This document shows, piece after piece, positions 59,095 to 64,000 of a stretch of DNA of 64,000 bases. How positions within the stretch are numbered: position 1 is the first letter of the stretch; every line of letters starts with the position of its first letter. Origin of the DNA: Octopus bimaculoides (lineage: Eukaryota); contig NC_068985.1 in the NCBI RefSeq assembly GCF_001194135.2, positions 25,745,772 to 25,809,771 on the forward strand, given 5' to 3'. The translations under genes and the position numbers were made by a program. The notes beneath the pieces were generated by a model that worked only from the letters and a program-made list of their open reading frames with translations, was not told the origin of the DNA and searched no databases.

Positions 59095-59560
59095 ATGTAT
59101 AAAGGTTGCCGCATAACACAATATACAATGTCTATCCTGGAATAAATATAGATAATCTCACTGTTATTGAATATATACACAAGCATCTACACAAGAAATG
59201 CTGAAGGAACATTCCCATTAAAACAACTGCCATATGTAAACATAACAGGTCGGATATTGCTTAAAACAGACAAGAAAAAGTATGTACTGTCAGAGAGGGA
59301 AGCTGTCTTACTGATGTGAATATCTCTTTGGGAATCAAAGAGAAAGAGGTCTATGGCCAATTGCTTGGAAACCTCCAGCTTCTATATTCAGATTATAAAT
59401 TCACATCTATACTAGTAATAACTTGGTTTTGTGAGGAAATGCCTTAATGACAATCTAGACAAGCCAGAATTCTCAGAAAAACAAATCAATCAACTTACAC
59501 ATTACAAATACAATCTATAAGTGGAACAGTAAAAATACGTAAGACTTTTCTCAGGTTTAA
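59095..59560 (+). mobile_element. Degenerate R4/Dong-type RLE LINE 3' coding fragment
   Basis: NIPIKTTAICKHNRSDI; YGQLLGNLQLLYSDYKF; LQIQSISGTVKIRKTF. Parallels the 22775-23080 ORF. Confidence 0.7.
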
Positions 59561-59589
59561 AATGTGCCGTTGTTTTTGCTATCTACATC

Positions 59590-60250
59590 CTTCTTGAGTA
59601 TGTCCTTGGAATGGCCGTTCATATGACTTGGGATTGCCGACCTATTGAGAAGAGTGCGCTTTCCTACAGTATTCAGGATAAATAACCCGACAGGGTCAGC
59701 AATCTCAGTCCTGCTGTAACTTCTCATAGATACATCAAAGAATGGATCGTTTTTCTTCTTTACCCAGTGGGAATCATTGTAAAGTGATATTGACTTCCTA
59801 GCATTCGTGATGATTCTGATATCGGGATCGCTGGATTTGGTGAATTGCTTACCAAGGTCTTCAGGAGAAAGAATTTCAATATTGATGGGTAGAAACCCAT
59901 GATATCGAAATGGAGAATCTACAGGCTGTTTTATTCTCGATACTGAAGAACCAGTCGGTTACTGGAGTGCTGCAATCGCACTTGATCAACCTCGTAGCCC
60001 TTTTCATATCGGACTTGATGGTGTCGAGATTATGCTTACTTATGATGCTCATTTCATTCTTAGAGGGGTTAATCATTCTGTAAGCATGATATAAAGGAAA
60101 CATGGTGAGGCGGTTCACACTATCTTCTGTTTTGGAGGGTGGAAATCTTTTTACTTCAGATTTAATACCGTTGTATATAGAGACGTTGATTTCCTTGTTT
60201 GCTTTGGTAATTGTGTTTGCAAAAAGTCTTGTCTGCGTAGAATTTTGTGC
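59590..60250 (-). mobile_element. Penelope-like element reverse transcriptase fragment
   Basis: RMINPSKNEMSIISK..LD.I; WFFSIENK; FDIMGFYPSI; ARKSI.LYND..WVKK..PFFDVSM.SY..EIAD.VGLFIL. Confidence 0.8.
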
Positions 60251-60639
60251 GCGCTCGCGTGTGTGTATGTATGTAAATATCATTATCCATCTATGCAAGT
60301 ATACAAGCATGAATGCACGTATGTGAATATATATAGAGAGATAAATGAAATAGTATATGTGTATAAATATATATCACTTAATAACAATTTTGTCTCAGTT
60401 CCATACGACTTAAAGTTCCGTCGGTTTGTAGGACGAACCCATCTCATCAAATATCTAGAGAAGAGTACCCTCTTCTTAAAATCTTAAAGCAATTACGTGG
60501 CACAAATTGAACAATATCTCAATGTATACATTCTCACTGACAAAATAAATAACATCTATGAAACAAATAATTCTATGCAGACAAGACTTTTTACAAAAAC
60601 AATTACCAAGACAAACAAGGGAATCAACATCTCTGTTTG

Positions 60640-60673
<34 letters not shown>

Positions 60674-61653
60674 NNNNNNNNNNNNNNNNNNNNNNNNNNN
60701 NNNNNNNNNNNNNNNNNNNNNNNNNNNNNNNNNNNNNNNNNNNNNNNNNNNNNNNNNNNNNNNNNNNNNNNNNNNNNNNNNNNNNNNNNNNNNNNNNNNN
60801 NNNNNNNNNNNNNNNNNNNNNNNNNNNNNNNNNNNNNNNNNNNNNNNNNNNNNNNNNNNNNNNNNNNNNNNNNNNNNNNNNNNNNNNNNNNNNNNNNNNN
60901 NNNNNNNNNNNNNNNNNNNNNNNNNNNNNNNNNNNNNNNNNNNNNNNNNNNNNNNNNNNNNNNNNNNNNNNNNNNNNNNNNNNNNNNNNNNNNNNNNNNN
61001 NNNNNNNNNNNNNNNNNNNNNNNNNNNNNNNNNNNNNNNNNNNNNNNNNNNNNNNNNNNNNNNNNNNNNNNNNNNNNNNNNNNNNNNNNNNNNNNNNNNN
61101 NNNNNNNNNNNNNNNNNNNNNNNNNNNNNNNNNNNNNNNNNNNNNNNNNNNNNNNNNNNNNNNNNNNNNNNNNNNNNNNNNNNNNNNNNNNNNNNNNNNN
61201 NNNNNNNNNNNNNNNNNNNNNNNNNNNNNNNNNNNNNNNNNNNNNNNNNNNNNNNNNNNNNNNNNNNNNNNNNNNNNNNNNNNNNNNNNNNNNNNNNNNN
61301 NNNNNNNNNNNNNNNNNNNNNNNNNNNNNNNNNNNNNNNNNNNNNNNNNNNNNNNNNNNNNNNNNNNNNNNNNNNNNNNNNNNNNNNNNNNNNNNNNNNN
61401 NNNNNNNNNNNNNNNNNNNNNNNNNNNNNNNNNNNNNNNNNNNNNNNNNNNNNNNNNNNNNNNNNNNNNNNNNNNNNNNNNNNNNNNNNNNNNNNNNNNN
61501 NNNNNNNNNNNNNNNNNNNNNNNNNNNNNNNNNNNNNNNNNNNNNNNNNNNNNNNNNNNNNNNNNNNNNNNNNNNNNNNNNNNNNNNNNNNNNNNNNNNN
61601 NNNNNNNNNNNNNNNNNNNNNNNNNNNNNNNNNNNNNNNNNNNNNNNNNNNNN

Positions 61654-61685
<32 letters not shown>

Positions 61686-61689
<4 letters not shown>

Positions 61690-61930
61690 GGAATTGTACT
61701 GGAGCCACTACTTTTCCTGGTGGAAGATTAACTCGATGCAAAAGATGGGCTACTGAGAGAGGTTAAAGGACCTGATTCTCTATTCCCTGGACAGAAGACG
61801 AGAGAGGTATGCGGTGATATATATTTGGAAGATCTTAGAGGGTTTAGCTCCAAATTTTGGAATCGAGGGCTATACCAATCCTCGAACTGGACGGTACTGC
61901 ATCATACTAAAGATCGCATTTCCCCATCTA
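61686..61930 (+). mobile_element. CR1/L2-group LINE ORF2 fragment
   Basis: QGIVLEPLLFLV; RLKDLILYSLDRRRERYAVIYIWKILEGLAPN. Confidence 0.75.
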
Positions 61931-62274
61931 AAATAAGGATATAGTACAGCAATAATCTGGGTTTCAAGGGCTCATTATATTAACTCTACGGACGCAAAGG
62001 AATTCCTGAAGTAAATGCAGTGACATCTACCTCCATACTGCTGTTGACAACAGATAGTTGAATACCGTGGACGGGCTTTAAACAGTTACTACAAGGTATC
62101 AACCCGAATATAAAATTATTACACACACACACTGTGTGGTAAGAAGTTTGCTTCCCAACCACATGGTTCCGGGTTCAGTCCCACTGCGTGGCACCTTGGG
62201 CAAATGTCTTCTACTATAACCTTGAGCTGACTAAAGCCTTGTGAGTTGATTTGGTAGACGGAAACTGTGTGTGT

Positions 62275-63450
62275 AGCGAGCGGAACCTCGGAAGTGGTAA
62301 ATATCTAAGCGAGGTGTATACCGCAAGCTACTCTTCAAGCCAAGAATATATTGATTGAATGGAAAATTACATTGTCGCAAGTAGGTACATCATAACACAT
62401 GGAAGATTCGAACAGAATGTGTGGAGAGCACAGTAAGGATAAAAAAAATGAATCAACTCCTTACACTCTCAAGTGGTTCATAGTCACCCACCCCAAACCA
62501 TACAGCGGCTATAATAACAAGCGTTATCTTTGCATAACCGAAGTCTTGGCTATTATGCAATCCACAGATTGTCTTAATGAACGCAACAGTATAATTTTTA
62601 CCTGCAAACATCGATCTCTAAATCTATTCTCAAAATACAAATAACAACACCCACACCGCATTTTTTCCCCTTGCTTTCTTAAACTTTTCACCCTTATTTA
62701 CCCTCACTACCACTACATATTAAACCACCAATATATTCCCATTATTCTCCCTTTAATTCCTTATTGTCATTTATATACTTCTCGCTTTATCTTTCCTCAC
62801 CATTTGTAACTCGTTTTTTCTCTTATTTCACCTGCCTTGTATACTTACAAGTACATACGCCCACATACTCATCTACTACTTCACACTGTAAACACGCTCA
62901 CCGCACACTACAATATACATTCTTTATTTGATAGTTAGTAGTAGTCGCTACAACTCTACGCCCTTCTTTCTAGATTTCCATTTATAATACTATCCCATCC
63001 CTTCATGTATACTTTTTTCTTCCTCTTGACCATAAATATTTCCTCACCCCCTTCCCTCCACATTATCTTTTTTTCAAATACCACTCCCCTTGCTAATCTC
63101 TGTGATTCGGCCAAAATAGCCCTATTGAATACTATCGGTAAAATTACCTTGCTTAAATACCGAATTCTACTCACTCCCTTATGTTTTTATTGCTTTTATT
63201 CTTTTTTTATTCCTTTTATCCTTCCACCCCCATCAATTTCTCACTACATTTATATTCTCCAGTCTTACTGTGCTCTCTACACTTTCTGATCGAATTTTCC
63301 ATGTGTTATCATGTACCTACTTGCGACAATGTAAACTTCTATTCAATCAATATACCCTTGGCCTGACGAGTAGCCTGTGATATACACCTTGCTTCGATAT
63401 TTACCAGTTCCGAAGTTGCACTCGCTATAAAATATATGTAGCCCGGATCT
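62275..63450 (+). mobile_element. Penelope-like element 3' end: GIY-YIG endonuclease remnant plus pseudo-LTR-like region
   Basis: VYTASYSSSQEYI (GIY-YIG-like); KDKKNESTPYTLKW.IV...KPY....KR.LCITE..I....LNERN..CKHR. Followed by a pyrimidine-rich UTR with a degenerate CTGACGA hammerhead-like core at about 63367. Confidence 0.7.
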
Positions 63451-64000
63451 TATCTACTCCATTCCTTAACTTTGTATTCTTATTCGCATAATCGGCAAAA
63501 CCTGGTCGCCTACTGTGAAATATAAAAACAACTTTTTTCAGTTTGTCGTACTTCGATACCAAAAAATCCACAACCTTCCATCTTAATAAAGCATTATTGT
63601 CCCTGAAAGTTGAGTCTTATCTAATATTTATTACGGATTGCTTAAATATTGATATATATATCTGTTTTGTTTTCTTTTCCGTATGTTTACCTGTCTTGTT
63701 TTCTGTCCGCCACTACATTCCTCAATGGTACAAGTTTAATTTGTGTATACAAATCTAATTTGTGGTCAGTGGGAAGAGCCATTTTAACAATGCGTCCTGC
63801 CCTACTCTTCGAAACGCCTGTGTTAGAATGGGGGTAGCTGATGAAGGAAAATGTTCTCTATGTGGCCTGTGTGTGTTCTGTACTCTGGTTATTATTATTT
63901 TTTTGTCTACGTTTTGTTTGCAATGTCCTGTACCCAGATATGCACCTATATATACAGGTAGACATAGGTATGCACATACTTGTACGTATATATGCATATA

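Noticed and set aside
60476-61766. Long ORFs of 270-420 aa here and at 9766, 19901, 29921 and 45071
   Set aside because: They consist of X codons from N gaps plus microsatellite translations.

Overview
Eukaryotic, AT-rich, microsatellite- and N-gap-rich genomic scaffold. The SINE and LINE families look like those of octopus/cephalopod genomes (inference from recalled repeat families, not a database result). Only one host coding region is well supported: a 283-aa NHL/six-bladed beta-propeller ORF of the mollusc TRIM-NHL-like type (27564-28415, +). The rest is mostly transposon debris. Non-LTR elements include Tx1/L1-like (ORF1 with a dead zinc knuckle, and separately APE+RT ORF2), HERO-type and several R4/Dong-type RLE elements, and CR1/L2-group, RTE and Penelope-like fragments. 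DNA elements include mariner, Tc2/pogo and hAT MITEs, a non-autonomous Helitron and a Helentron-like HINE. There are dozens of tRNA-derived SINEs, labelled here families A-D. Main points for follow-up: (1) a Tx1-like LINE and a Tx1-tailed SINE insert, with TSDs where both junctions are visible, into the tRNA-derived head of SINE family C, twice at the identical nucleotide; (2) several dispersed minimal hammerhead-ribozyme-like motifs, two sharing a variant CUGUUGA core; (3) SINE heads, bodies and tails recombined in many combinations; (4) a roughly 660-bp mariner-derived foldback; (5) low-confidence chains of small spliced exons. No CRISPR, rRNA or genuine tRNA gene was found.
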